Positions 1 through 10,263 of a stretch of 64,000 bases of DNA are shown here, in pieces. The stretch is from assembly GCA_964438075.1 (NCBI GenBank), contig CAYTIW010000007.1, forward strand, positions 1-64,000, read 5' to 3'. Position 1 is the first letter of the stretch, and every line of letters begins with the position of its first letter. Below the pieces are notes generated by a model. That model was given only the letters and a program-made list of their open reading frames with translations. It made no database searches and was not told the DNA's origin. This DNA is from an uncultured Planctomycetales bacterium. GTDB lineage: Bacteria; Omnitrophota; Gorgyraeia; Zapsychrales; Fredricksoniimonadaceae. A program made the position numbers and the translations under genes.

Positions 1-3000
1 GTGAACTGGGAAGACGTGGAGGCGTTGACGAAGACGGGAGTGAATTGGACGGATATAGAGGTTATAAGCAAGACGGGTATTAACTGGACAGATCTGGAAA
101 ATATTTCCAAAACAGGAATAAATTGGGCTGATTTGAATGCTTTGACTTTGGCAGGGATAAACTGGACCGATATTGAAACAATCTCCAAGACTGGTATCAA
201 TTGGACGGACCTCGAGGTCATGACGGTCGAAGGAGTTAATTGGAGCGATATAAACAAATTAAGTGATACCGGCATAAATTGGGCTGATATCGATGTGCTG
301 AGCAGAACCGGCATTAATTGGTTGGATATTGAATCCATGAGTAATAGAGGAATTAACTGGTACGATCTAAGTGCTTTGTCTACAACAGGTATTAATTGGC
401 TGGATATTGAAGTCATATCTGATACTGGAATTAATTGGATGGATGTGGCGTCTCTATCGAGTTCCGGAATAAATTGGAATGACATGGAGATGTTTTCCAA
501 TGCCGGGATCAATTGGTCCGATCTAGAGTCAATGACCCGGACAGGTGTGAATTGGACCGATCTGCAAATTATGAGCAACTCCGGGATCAACTGGAACGAT
601 TTAGACATAATGAGTACGGTGAGTGTTAACTGGACGGACATAGCTACGTTGTCATCGAGTGGAGTGAATTGGACGGATATCGAAGCGCTTTCCACGACCG
701 GCATAAATTGGTCCGACTTGAACGCCATGACTTTGGCTGGAGTTAATTGGGCAGATATTGAGGCGTTATCCCACACAGGTATCAATTGGTTAGACCTGGG
801 AACGATGACCTTGTCAGGTGTAAACTGGGATGACATCAATTCTATGACGTTAGCCGGGGTTAATTGGAGCGACATTGAAACGATCTCCCAAGCGGGTATT
901 AACTGGACTGATATAGAAACCTGGACCAAAGCGGGCATAAATTGGACAGATTTTGAAACTATGACCGTGTCTGGAATTAATTGGGATGATCTGCAGGAAG
1001 CCACAAATTCGGCGGTAAATTGGACTGATATCCAGGCACTCTCCTTGGCTGGTATCAATTGGATAGATTTTGGTAGTCTGTCTAATGCGGCTATTAACTG
1101 GACGGATTTGGAGGCAATGACGAAAGAAGGTATTAATTGGACGGATGTGAGTGCTTTATCGAATATAGGTATGAACTGGTCTGATCTGCAATCGATGACC
1201 ATCTCCGCTATTAATTGGGCAGATATGGTGACTATGAGTAGTGCTGAAATCAATTGGGAAGACCTGGCGGTCATGAGTTCGACTGGATTGAATTGGGAAG
1301 ATATCGGCATTTTAAGCGCCGCCGGAGTTAATTGGTCGGATCTGGATATCATGAGCAGAAGCGAGATCAACTGGTCTGATCTATCGGTGCTGACTTCTTC
1401 GGCTATCAATTGGATGGACATGGAAGTTCTATCGAAGAGCGGCTTGAACTGGGCCGATCTGGAATCTATGACGGTTGCAGGTGTGAATTGGACGGATATT
1501 GAAGCATTGAGTAAGACTGGGGTTAATTGGATTGATATCGAACGGCTATCAAGCAGTGACATAAATTGGGAGGATATCGAACGCATATCAACTTCATCCA
1601 TAAACTGGACAGATATAGAACAATTATCTGTTTCGGGAATCAATTGGGCCGATATGGCCACCCTGAGCGCATCAGAGATCAACTGGGCAGATATAGCCGC
1701 CATGTCTTCGGAAGCTGTGAATTGGCTGGATTTGGAAGTATTGAGTAAGACGGGTGTAAATTGGGCCGACTGGGAGGCGATGACCGTTGCTGGTGTAAAT
1801 TGGACGGATATGGAAGCAATATCCAAAGCGGCGATCAACTGGACCGATCTGGAGACCATGACCGTCACTGGGGTAAATTGGATGGATCTGGAATCAATTT
1901 CCAAGACGGGTATCAACTGGTCAGATCTAAACGCCATGACCGTCGCTGGGGTGAATTGGACGGACATGGAAGTTTTAAGCAAGTCGGCGGTAAATTGGAT
2001 GGATATGCAGACACTTTCATCAGCAGCCATTAACTGGGTTGATATGAGTGCGATGTCGTTAGCGGGAGTCAATTGGACAGATTTGGAAATTCTGTCAGAA
2101 CAAGGTGTGAATTGGATCGACATTGAAACACTTAGTACGGCAGGTATAAATTGGGAAGATATACAGTCGCTTACAACTTCCTCTATTAACTGGGGGGATA
2201 TTGAAGTTATAAGCAAGACGGGAGTTAATTGGGAAGATATATCCGCCTTGAGTTCAACTGGAGTTAACTGGACCGATCTGCAGTCAATGACGATGGCAGG
2301 TGTAAATTGGACGGATTTGGAGACCATTTCCAAGACGGAAATAAACTGGATGGATTTGTCTGCCATGACCCTGTCCGGGGTCAATTGGAACGATATTTCC
2401 GCTATGAGTGCGAACGGAGTTAACTGGACCGACTTGCAGTCGATGAGCATGGCGGGGGTCAATTGGACAGATATGGAGTACCTTACCACTGCAGAGGTCA
2501 ATTGGTCGGATCTGGGAACTTTGAGCAACGCTGGTATTAATTGGTTGGATATAGATTCTTTAAGCAATACCGGCATTAACTGGTCAGATATCAATATCAT
2601 GTCTGATGCCGGAGTTAATTGGTCGGACATTGCTTACCTTACCTCATCGAATGTGAACTGGACCGACCTCGAATCCCTAACCAAAACCTCTGTAAATTGG
2701 GCTGACCTCGAGTCCATCACCAAGGCAGCTATCAACTGGACCGACCTGGAATCCATGACCAAGGCTTCCGTCAACTGGACCGACCTCGCAGCATTAACAG
2801 TCACGGGTGTTAATTGGGCGGACATAGAAGCCATTTCAAAATCCGCGATCAACTGGACCGATCTACAGTCAATGACGATGGCCGGTGTAAATTGGACCGA
2901 TCTCGGCGCTATGACATTGACGGGAATTAATTGGGACGATATGCAGGTTCTGCATGAAAATGGGGTTAACTGGGACGACTTGGCGTTCATGAGCCGCGCT

Positions 3001-6000
3001 GATGTTAACTGGACCGATCTGAGCGTTCTGACCGATGCCGGGGTCAACTGGACAGACATGGAGACCTTGTCCCACAGTAATCTTAATTGGTCAGATCTGG
3101 AAGTGATGACCAACGCCGCAGTTAATTGGGCCGACTGGTCCTCTATCAGCACCTCGGCTATAAATTGGGGTGATATGAACACACTGACCTCATCAGCTAT
3201 TAATTGGTCCTCTCTGGGAGATATGACCATCAGCGGAATTAACTGGTCTAGTTTCTCTGACATGACCGTGAGCGGGATAAACTGGACCGACATCGGAACC
3301 ATGACCGACTCGGGTGTGAATTGGGAAGACATCGGCATTATGAGCTCTGCCGGAGTGAACTGGACAGATATGGAGAAAATGTCCCTGACAGGGATCAACT
3401 GGAGCGATATCCAGTCCATGAGCGATACGGGTATCAATTGGACCGACCTCGGTGCCATGGCCGCGGCAGGTGTTAATTGGTACGATATGGAATATATGAG
3501 CGATGCCGGTATTAACTGGATGGACATTGAAACCTTGACGAATAGAGGGATCAATTGGGTTGATATCGAATCTTTATCACTAGCCGGTATCAACTGGTCG
3601 GATATTGGTACTATGAGCAGTTCTGGTGTCAACTGGACGGATCTGCAGACTTTAACTGAGACAGGTGTTAACTGGGATGACCTGCAGTCTCTGACTTTTG
3701 CGGGAGTGAATTGGAGCGATCTCGGCTCCTTAAGTACCTCTAGTGTAAATTGGGCTGACCTGGTTTCGATGACTCAAAATGGCGTTAACTGGACCGACTT
3801 GTCGGTGATGTCTGATGCCGGAGTCAATTGGTCCGATTTCTCTGTCTGGACGGCTGCCGGGGTCAACTGGGATGATTTCGCCGTATTGACAGATTCAGGC
3901 ATCAATTGGAACGATTTGGAAATGATGAGCGAATCATCATTGAACTGGGCCGATCTGGCGTCTATGACCCTCAATGGTGTGAATTGGGCTGATCTCTCCA
4001 CATTGAGCGAAGCGGGCGTTAATTGGACCGACCTGTCTGTAATGAACTCTATGGGTGTAAATTGGGCTGACCTGAATGCTATGACAACTGCGTCGGTAAA
4101 TTGGGAAAGTTTGGAAGTGTTGACCAAGACCGATATCAATTGGGATGACCTGCAGACTATGACTGTTTCAGGAGTTAATTGGATGGACCTTGCGACAATG
4201 TCCGATGCCGGTGTGAACTGGATCGATATAGAGTCCATGAGTAAGGCTGATGTTAATTGGACCGGCATCGAATATCTATCCCAGGCAGGCGTGAATTGGG
4301 ATGATCTCTCAGTATTGAGTGACTCAAGTGTGAACTGGATGGATATGGAATACATGAGTAAAGCTGCGGTTAACTGGACCGACCTCATGCAGATGAGCGT
4401 TTCCGGAGTCAATTGGCTGGACCTGGGCGATATGACAGGGGCAGGGGTTAACTGGAGTGATATCAACGCCATGACTTCGGCCGGTGTGAATTGGACTGAA
4501 CTCCAATCCATGTCCGAGACCGGTGTGAATTGGGATGACCTGTCGGCCCTGACTTCGGCAGGTGTTAATTGGGTTGATCTGGAGGCGATGACAGTGTCCG
4601 GGGTGAACTGGACCGACCTCATGCAGATGAGCGTTTCCGGAGTCAATTGGCTGGATCTGGGCGATATGACAGGGGCGGATGTTAACTGGAGCGATATCAG
4701 TACTCTCTCTGCCGCCGGTATTAATTGGGACGACATCACTACCCTCAGTACGGTCGGGGTCAACTGGGCGGACCTTTCGACCATGTCTTCGGCGGGAGTG
4801 AACTGGTATGATGTTGGTTCTTTGTCTTTAGCTGGTGTCAATTGGGAATATTTCGAAGAGTTCTCTACGGCAGGTGTCAATTGGGATGACTTGTCCATAT
4901 TGAGTTCTGCAGGGGTCAACTGGACCGACCTCAATTCGATGACTTCGGCTTCGGTGAATTGGGAAGGTTTGGAGATATTGACCAAGACCGATATCAATTG
5001 GGATAATTTCGGGGCGATGACAACTGCCGGTACGAATTGGGATGCGTTCTCGTTCATGACCACGGCCGGCGTCAACTGGGATGAATTAGCTTCAATAACA
5101 TATACCGGTGTCAACTGGGATGACCTGCAATCGTTGACCGATGCTGGAATTAATTGGAATGACCTGCAGTATATGACCTCTACAGCTGTCAATTGGACCG
5201 GTCTGGAGGCGATTTCAAACACTACTGTGAACTGGGAAGATCTCGCCTCTATGACCTCGGCGGGAGTGAATTGGAATAGTCTGGAATTTATGTCCAGCGC
5301 CGGGATCAACTGGTCCGATTTCGAGTCCTTGACCAATAAGGGTATAAATTGGGATGACATCAGCAAAATGGCCAGTTCGACTATCAATTGGTCAGATTTC
5401 GAGAACCTGACCGAAGCCGGAATAAATTGGGATGGATTAAGTGTCATGTCAGAAACGGCTATCAATTGGGATGACCTTATGGCTTTGAGTGTATCGGGCA
5501 TCAATTGGCTCGATTTTGCATATTTGTCTCAAGCCGGGGTCAATTGGGAAGATATCGAGAGCATGACAGTAGCTGGTGCTAACTGGGAAGACCTGACGAT
5601 GATGGGCAGTGCGGGCATCAATTGGGATGCCCTGTCCTATATGTCCGCCGCCAATGTGAACTGGGATAGTTTGCAATCATTGTCCGTGGCTCAGATGAAC
5701 TGGCAGGGACTGAGTGACATCTCTCTCGCTGGTGTAAATTGGGAGAACATCGGCGATATGTCCAGAGATGGGGTCAATTGGCTTGACGTAGGGGCATTAT
5801 CCGAAGCGGGTATCAACTGGTCGGATTTCACTCAACTGACGAACACCGGTATCAACTGGGAAGATGTAAGGACTTTGAGCGAAACCGGTATTAATTGGAA
5901 CAGCATCGGCGAAATGGCAGAGGCGGGTATCAATTGGCAGGGCATCTACACCTTGAGCTATGCGGACATTAACTGGGAGGGGATCGGTGATATGTCCACC

Positions 6001-6380
6001 AGTGGTATTAATTGGCTGGATATCGGCCTGCTTTCCCAGGCCGGGGTCAACTGGGCTGAGATCGCAACGATGTCGTATGCGGACTTGAATTGGGATGAGA
6101 TAGCGGTAATGACGGATAGCGGGATCAACTGGTATAGCATAGGCGATATGACAGCTTCGCAGATCAACTGGAACGACGTGGCGGTTATTTTTGAATCCAG
6201 TATCAATTGGGATGATCTGAGTGTGATGTCTACCCGAGAGGTGAACTGGGCTGACGTCACTGTTATGACCACTTCCGATGTTAACTGGGGTGACGTGGGT
6301 GGTTTCTCCACGACCGGTGTCAATTGGGCAGATATGGCCAGGATGACCCATTCTAATATAGACTGGAGAGAAATGAGTTA
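1..6380 (+). repeat. Coding tandem repeat array, 39-bp period (13 codons), ~160 units, degenerate at synonymous positions
   Basis: Recurrent gg[n]aa[ct]tgg[n]c[n]gat motif every 39 nt. Units differ mostly at wobble positions while the G/N/W/D codons persist. Confidence 0.85.
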
Positions 6381-7083
6381 TTTCTCTGCCAATGCCAGGA
6401 CCTTGGTTTCGAATATCCAGGATATATTCGATAATATCGGAAGCGATCCCACAACGACTGACCAAACGACCTTGTTCGGCAAGATCAACCGGATGATCAC
6501 CGCTATCAACGATGTTGATATCAATACGATCGTCAGCATATTGGGAACAGCTGCGGATACCAAAGCTTCCAATACTATCTTTGGAGATCTTAATGCGGTC
6601 CAAGCGGCTATAGGTGATCCCAGCACCAGCAGCACTGTTTTCGAGCAAATGGATGTCATTCAGGACTTTGCCAAGAAAGGCAAGGACAGCGCCGATGCCG
6701 CTTTAGGGGTCACCAAGAATATAGAAAGCGATCTGGGGGTTTTTGGCCAGACCCCGACGACATATGAGAAACTCAGGCAGCTGGAGGATTATATCAAGAA
6801 TATTCAGCAGGCTGCGCTGGAATTGGGACCAAAACAGGAAGCCACGAGCGCGGTTGCCGATCAACTGGTAGAAATGGTACGTCAGATAATCAATGAACAG
6901 GCAAAGCAGGTCGGCTTGGAGACGACCGGGATGATGATAGAGAAACTCTCCAAACAGCAGTCCGAAGATGTCGAAAAGATCAACGAGAAGCTGGAAGAGA
7001 TCGATGCCAAGATCAGGGCTTTGCAGGAAGCTATGAAAGCCGATGACGTCGTTATCAAGACCTGGTTTGAAAGTGAGGAGTAA
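1..7083 (+). CDS. Giant tandem-repeat protein, 5' end outside the window (>=2360 aa visible). About 160 copies of a 13-aa unit, then a ~235-aa non-repetitive helical/coiled-coil C-terminal domain. Probable secreted or surface fibre/adhesin.
   Basis: Continuous frame-1 ORF from base 1 to TAA at 7081-7083. Strict 13-aa periodicity with invariant G-x-N-W and D at +2, visible by eye across ~6.3 kb. A downstream gene starts 4 nt after the stop with its own RBS. Confidence 0.85.
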   Translation: MNWEDVEALTKTGVNWTDIEVISKTGINWTDLENISKTGINWADLNALTLAGINWTDIETISKTGINWTDLEVMTVEGVNWSDINKLSDTGINWADIDVLSRTGINWLDIESMSNRGINWYDLSALSTTGINWLDIEVISDTGINWMDVASLSSSGINWNDMEMFSNAGINWSDLESMTRTGVNWTDLQIMSNSGINWNDLDIMSTVSVNWTDIATLSSSGVNWTDIEALSTTGINWSDLNAMTLAGVNWADIEALSHTGINWLDLGTMTLSGVNWDDINSMTLAGVNWSDIETISQAGINWTDIETWTKAGINWTDFETMTVSGINWDDLQEATNSAVNWTDIQALSLAGINWIDFGSLSNAAINWTDLEAMTKEGINWTDVSALSNIGMNWSDLQSMTISAINWADMVTMSSAEINWEDLAVMSSTGLNWEDIGILSAAGVNWSDLDIMSRSEINWSDLSVLTSSAINWMDMEVLSKSGLNWADLESMTVAGVNWTDIEALSKTGVNWIDIERLSSSDINWEDIERISTSSINWTDIEQLSVSGINWADMATLSASEINWADIAAMSSEAVNWLDLEVLSKTGVNWADWEAMTVAGVNWTDMEAISKAAINWTDLETMTVTGVNWMDLESISKTGINWSDLNAMTVAGVNWTDMEVLSKSAVNWMDMQTLSSAAINWVDMSAMSLAGVNWTDLEILSEQGVNWIDIETLSTAGINWEDIQSLTTSSINWGDIEVISKTGVNWEDISALSSTGVNWTDLQSMTMAGVNWTDLETISKTEINWMDLSAMTLSGVNWNDISAMSANGVNWTDLQSMSMAGVNWTDMEYLTTAEVNWSDLGTLSNAGINWLDIDSLSNTGINWSDINIMSDAGVNWSDIAYLTSSNVNWTDLESLTKTSVNWADLESITKAAINWTDLESMTKASVNWTDLAALTVTGVNWADIEAISKSAINWTDLQSMTMAGVNWTDLGAMTLTGINWDDMQVLHENGVNWDDLAFMSRADVNWTDLSVLTDAGVNWTDMETLSHSNLNWSDLEVMTNAAVNWADWSSISTSAINWGDMNTLTSSAINWSSLGDMTISGINWSSFSDMTVSGINWTDIGTMTDSGVNWEDIGIMSSAGVNWTDMEKMSLTGINWSDIQSMSDTGINWTDLGAMAAAGVNWYDMEYMSDAGINWMDIETLTNRGINWVDIESLSLAGINWSDIGTMSSSGVNWTDLQTLTETGVNWDDLQSLTFAGVNWSDLGSLSTSSVNWADLVSMTQNGVNWTDLSVMSDAGVNWSDFSVWTAAGVNWDDFAVLTDSGINWNDLEMMSESSLNWADLASMTLNGVNWADLSTLSEAGVNWTDLSVMNSMGVNWADLNAMTTASVNWESLEVLTKTDINWDDLQTMTVSGVNWMDLATMSDAGVNWIDIESMSKADVNWTGIEYLSQAGVNWDDLSVLSDSSVNWMDMEYMSKAAVNWTDLMQMSVSGVNWLDLGDMTGAGVNWSDINAMTSAGVNWTELQSMSETGVNWDDLSALTSAGVNWVDLEAMTVSGVNWTDLMQMSVSGVNWLDLGDMTGADVNWSDISTLSAAGINWDDITTLSTVGVNWADLSTMSSAGVNWYDVGSLSLAGVNWEYFEEFSTAGVNWDDLSILSSAGVNWTDLNSMTSASVNWEGLEILTKTDINWDNFGAMTTAGTNWDAFSFMTTAGVNWDELASITYTGVNWDDLQSLTDAGINWNDLQYMTSTAVNWTGLEAISNTTVNWEDLASMTSAGVNWNSLEFMSSAGINWSDFESLTNKGINWDDISKMASSTINWSDFENLTEAGINWDGLSVMSETAINWDDLMALSVSGINWLDFAYLSQAGVNWEDIESMTVAGANWEDLTMMGSAGINWDALSYMSAANVNWDSLQSLSVAQMNWQGLSDISLAGVNWENIGDMSRDGVNWLDVGALSEAGINWSDFTQLTNTGINWEDVRTLSETGINWNSIGEMAEAGINWQGIYTLSYADINWEGIGDMSTSGINWLDIGLLSQAGVNWAEIATMSYADLNWDEIAVMTDSGINWYSIGDMTASQINWNDVAVIFESSINWDDLSVMSTREVNWADVTVMTTSDVNWGDVGGFSTTGVNWADMARMTHSNIDWREMSYFSANARTLVSNIQDIFDNIGSDPTTTDQTTLFGKINRMITAINDVDINTIVSILGTAADTKASNTIFGDLNAVQAAIGDPSTSSTVFEQMDVIQDFAKKGKDSADAALGVTKNIESDLGVFGQTPTTYEKLRQLEDYIKNIQQAALELGPKQEATSAVADQLVEMVRQIINEQAKQVGLETTGMMIEKLSKQQSEDVEKINEKLEEIDAKIRALQEAMKADDVVIKTWFESEE

Positions 7084-7086
7084 GCA

Positions 7087-8433
7087 ATGGTGGGACAGGG
7101 GCGTGGTTTTAAATTCCCGGTCCGGCGGATCGTTGCTCTGTGGTCTTTTGTTCTGTATCTTTTTTTATCCCTGCCTGTCTTCTCGGATGTTGTGATCAAC
7201 GTGTTGGCTGTTAACGGTTCCGACAAGACGATCGAGAAAGATATCCAGTTCAGTCTTCCAGGGGAGATCACGCCCCCTGACCTGGTAGACGCGGCAGGGC
7301 TGAATTTGGACTATAATTTTAATGATTCTGGATACTATTTGCATGGCAAAGTATCTTTGCAGGCCAAGGAAACGAAGACCCTGCGCGTAAAGATACGCGA
7401 TGTTTGGCAATTATCCGACCAGGATGTAAATGCCATCAGGACCGAGATCGAGCAAGGCTTCAAGGAGATGGGCGCCGAACGTAACAAGGATAATGGAGAG
7501 CTATTAAGGAAAAAGCTGGTTGATAAACTGGAGTATATCTTAGCCGACCAAGCCCAGAACGCGGAGAACGTTGAAACACGCATCGATACTTATCGTAATC
7601 ATATCCAGACGCTGAATGAAATAAGGTCCCAAGCCAGGGCCATTGATTATTGGCGTTCGGATGCCAAGGAACCAGAGAACAATAAGACTGTTTATTACAA
7701 AGTTTTGGTTGAGAACCCCGGCGATAAGACCAGGAAGGTGAAGCAGCATCATTATCTGCCGAAAGAGGTCCTGCCGGAATATATTATCGACCGCAAAGGG
7801 TACGAGATACGTTTTGATGACAAAAAAAATCGGCCCTTTCTCTTTAAAGAAGAGGACATAGCTTCGAAGGAAAAAAAAGAAGTAAGTTTTGCTATCAGAG
7901 ACAAATGGTATATTCCTCAGAACGAAATAAGCTATGTACGTGAAAGGGCCAAATATGTAAATGATATCCTGGCCAAGTCCAAATATGTGGAGACCTCGCG
8001 GGGGCTTTTTAATAATATCACTAATTACCTGGACTTGATCGATATGCTGCAGAAGATCGAGCAGCCGGATATTCAGCAACATATCGGGGCTTATCGGCTT
8101 AATGAGGACCGGTTCGAGAAGGCCAAATCTGATCTGGATGATATAGAAAAGCTGCTTTCGCGCCACCGGGCCGAACTGGAGAAGAGCAAGGTCAAGAATG
8201 TCTTGCAGAAGATACAGTCCATGAAATCGCTGGCGCGTGTTTCTCAGGCGATTTTTGACAAGAAACCGACCGTGAATGCCGCTTGGAAGATAATCGGCAG
8301 CGTGCTGATCTTCTTAGGTATTTTTTCTATCATACATTTTGCGACTTGGTTTGCGCGTTCCTCGCGTGAAAGAAAACAGGAGCTTTTAAAAGAGGCAGAG
8401 GCTCAAGCGCATTCGCAGACCAAATCTGGATAA
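7087..8433 (+). CDS. Hypothetical bitopic membrane protein: N-terminal signal/TM helix, long charged coiled-coil-rich ectodomain, C-terminal TM helix
   Basis: ORF with GAGGAG RBS. Hydrophobic N-terminus (IVALWSFVLYLFLSLPVF) and C-terminal hydrophobic stretch (IIGSVLIFLGIFSIIHFATWF). No family recognised. Confidence 0.6.
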   Translation: MVGQGRGFKFPVRRIVALWSFVLYLFLSLPVFSDVVINVLAVNGSDKTIEKDIQFSLPGEITPPDLVDAAGLNLDYNFNDSGYYLHGKVSLQAKETKTLRVKIRDVWQLSDQDVNAIRTEIEQGFKEMGAERNKDNGELLRKKLVDKLEYILADQAQNAENVETRIDTYRNHIQTLNEIRSQARAIDYWRSDAKEPENNKTVYYKVLVENPGDKTRKVKQHHYLPKEVLPEYIIDRKGYEIRFDDKKNRPFLFKEEDIASKEKKEVSFAIRDKWYIPQNEISYVRERAKYVNDILAKSKYVETSRGLFNNITNYLDLIDMLQKIEQPDIQQHIGAYRLNEDRFEKAKSDLDDIEKLLSRHRAELEKSKVKNVLQKIQSMKSLARVSQAIFDKKPTVNAAWKIIGSVLIFLGIFSIIHFATWFARSSRERKQELLKEAEAQAHSQTKSG

Positions 8434-8448
8434 TAACTTCGGAGATTT

Positions 8449-9915
8449 ATGAGCATAAAAGTACAGTATACGGAAGTCGGATACGTGAAAGCCATCCGCG
8501 GTTGTATCGTTATCGTGACCGGTTTTGGCAATTGCATTAACGGCCAGTTGATCCGGTTCGGATACGGCACTATCGGGATGGTTGTCGGGTTCACGGAGAC
8601 AGAGGCCCAGGTGCTGATCCTGAAAGAGACAGAAAAGATACGTACCGGCCAGGAGGCGCAAGCTTCGGTTGAACCTCTGGTCACACCCGTTGGAAAGAAT
8701 TTTATCGGCCGTATAGTTAATCCGCTAGCCGAGCCGTTGGATGGGCTGGGGCCGATCGTGCCGGATGATATTGCACCGATCTTTCCGGAATCGCCTCCCA
8801 TCCTGGACCGGCAGCCTTTGAACAAGACCTTGGAAACCGGGATCAAAGTCCTCGATGCCATGATCCCTATCGGGCGCGGTCAGCGGGAATTGATCCTCGG
8901 CGATAAAATGACCGGGAAGACCACCTTTGTTACGGATACGATCGTCAACCAGAAAGATGCCGGGGTAATATGTATTTATTGCGGTATCGGCAAGGCGCGT
9001 TCCAGCCTGGCAAAAGTGGTGCAGCTTTTCAAGGACCGCGGATGTTTCGATTACAGCATAATAGTTTCCGCCTCGGCATCCTCACCGCCTGGCCAGCAGT
9101 ATCTGGCCCCGTACGTGGCCTGTTCATTGGGGGAGTATTTCATGCGTCGCGGACAGGATGTTTTTATCGGATTCGACGATTTCACTAAGCATGCCTGGTC
9201 TTACCGGGAGATATCCTTACTATTGGGACGGCCGCCGGGGCGTGATTCTTATCCGGGAGACATATTTTATCTTCACTCCAAAATGATCGAACGCGCCTGT
9301 TTCCTTTCCAAGGAGAAAGGCGGAGGGTCCATGACTTTCTTCCCGATCGTTGAGATACTCGAAGGGGATCTTACCGCCTTCGTGCCCTCGAACCTGGTCT
9401 CCATGACAGACGGTCAGATATACCTCAGCGCCCAGCTTTTCGGTGAAGGGCAGAAACCGGCCCTGGATCTAGGCTTGTCCGTTTCCCGGGTTGGATCCAA
9501 GGTCCAATGGCCGGCTATCAAGGCGTTGTCCGGGCCTCTGCGTTTGGAGTACCTGCAGTACCGCGAATTGCTGCGGATTTCCAAGTTAAAGACCTCCGGT
9601 CAGTCTGAGGACATGAAGCAGAAATTGAAACGCGGTTCGATACTGACCGCCATCCTCCGGCAGTACAAGGATTCGCCGGTGTGCCAGGAAATGCAGGTGT
9701 TGATATTCTACGCCTTTAACAAGAAGTATCTGAACGATTTCACAATCGAGCAGGTCGACGCTTTTCAGAATAGCTGTCTGGAGTATACCAAGAACGTGAA
9801 GCCGGAATTTTTGACGCTATTGAGAGAGCGCCGCAAGTTGGACCCCGAGATCGAGAAATTGATGGATGAAGTTATAAATGGCCTGTCAGCGCAAGTAACT
9901 GGGAAGGGGCATTAA
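8449..9915 (+). CDS. atpA: F-type ATPase alpha subunit homolog
   Basis: Motifs GRGQRELILGDKMTGKTT (P-loop region), QYLAPY, SLLLGRPPGRDSYPGDIFYLHS. Collinear with bacterial AtpA over the full length. Confidence 0.85.
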   Translation: MSIKVQYTEVGYVKAIRGCIVIVTGFGNCINGQLIRFGYGTIGMVVGFTETEAQVLILKETEKIRTGQEAQASVEPLVTPVGKNFIGRIVNPLAEPLDGLGPIVPDDIAPIFPESPPILDRQPLNKTLETGIKVLDAMIPIGRGQRELILGDKMTGKTTFVTDTIVNQKDAGVICIYCGIGKARSSLAKVVQLFKDRGCFDYSIIVSASASSPPGQQYLAPYVACSLGEYFMRRGQDVFIGFDDFTKHAWSYREISLLLGRPPGRDSYPGDIFYLHSKMIERACFLSKEKGGGSMTFFPIVEILEGDLTAFVPSNLVSMTDGQIYLSAQLFGEGQKPALDLGLSVSRVGSKVQWPAIKALSGPLRLEYLQYRELLRISKLKTSGQSEDMKQKLKRGSILTAILRQYKDSPVCQEMQVLIFYAFNKKYLNDFTIEQVDAFQNSCLEYTKNVKPEFLTLLRERRKLDPEIEKLMDEVINGLSAQVTGKGH

Positions 9916-9978
9916 ATTTAGTTCTTATGCGGATGTGTTTTATCTGAGGCTGCTAGAGGTGAGGGAGAAAAGCGTTCT

Positions 9979-10248
9979 ATGCCACCATTATATAAGGGGA
10001 ATTTCCGTTGCGTGATCTTGAGCGCCAAGCGTTTGGTATTTGAGGCTGAGATAAACAGCCTTTTTATTACCGGTGATAGGGGAGAGTATGAGCTTTTGGC
10101 ATATCATTATCCTCTTATCGGTATCGTTAAAGGCGATATTGTGATCAATTGGGAAAAACGTTTGCCGGTAAGGGGCGGGGTGGTGCGGTTCTTCGCTAAT
10201 GAATGCAATGTCATGATCGAAGAAGCCCCAGCTCAGAAAACCAACTGA
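9979..10248 (+). CDS. atpC: F-type ATPase epsilon subunit homolog, beta-sandwich domain only (C-terminal helical hairpin absent)
   Basis: 89 aa. Pattern ...FITGDRGEYELLAYHYPLIGIVKGDIVIN... matches the epsilon N-terminal domain. The protein ends where the inhibitory helices would begin. Confidence 0.6.
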   Translation: MPPLYKGNFRCVILSAKRLVFEAEINSLFITGDRGEYELLAYHYPLIGIVKGDIVINWEKRLPVRGGVVRFFANECNVMIEEAPAQKTN

Positions 10249-10263
10249 GATTAGAGGGAGGCC

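Noticed and set aside
1-6380. Possibility that the 39-bp periodic array is a CRISPR array
   Set aside because: There is no alternation of identical repeats with unique spacers. Every unit is a variant of one coding motif, inside a single uninterrupted ORF with amino-acid-level conservation.
2634-6659. Several long minus-strand ORFs (332, 576, 283, 121 and 93 aa) that are themselves 13-aa periodic
   Set aside because: They are antisense shadows of the + strand repeat. The periodic, codon-biased repeat happens to be stop-poor on the opposite strand. There are no RBSs, and the + frame is continuous for 7 kb and continues into a real C-terminal domain.
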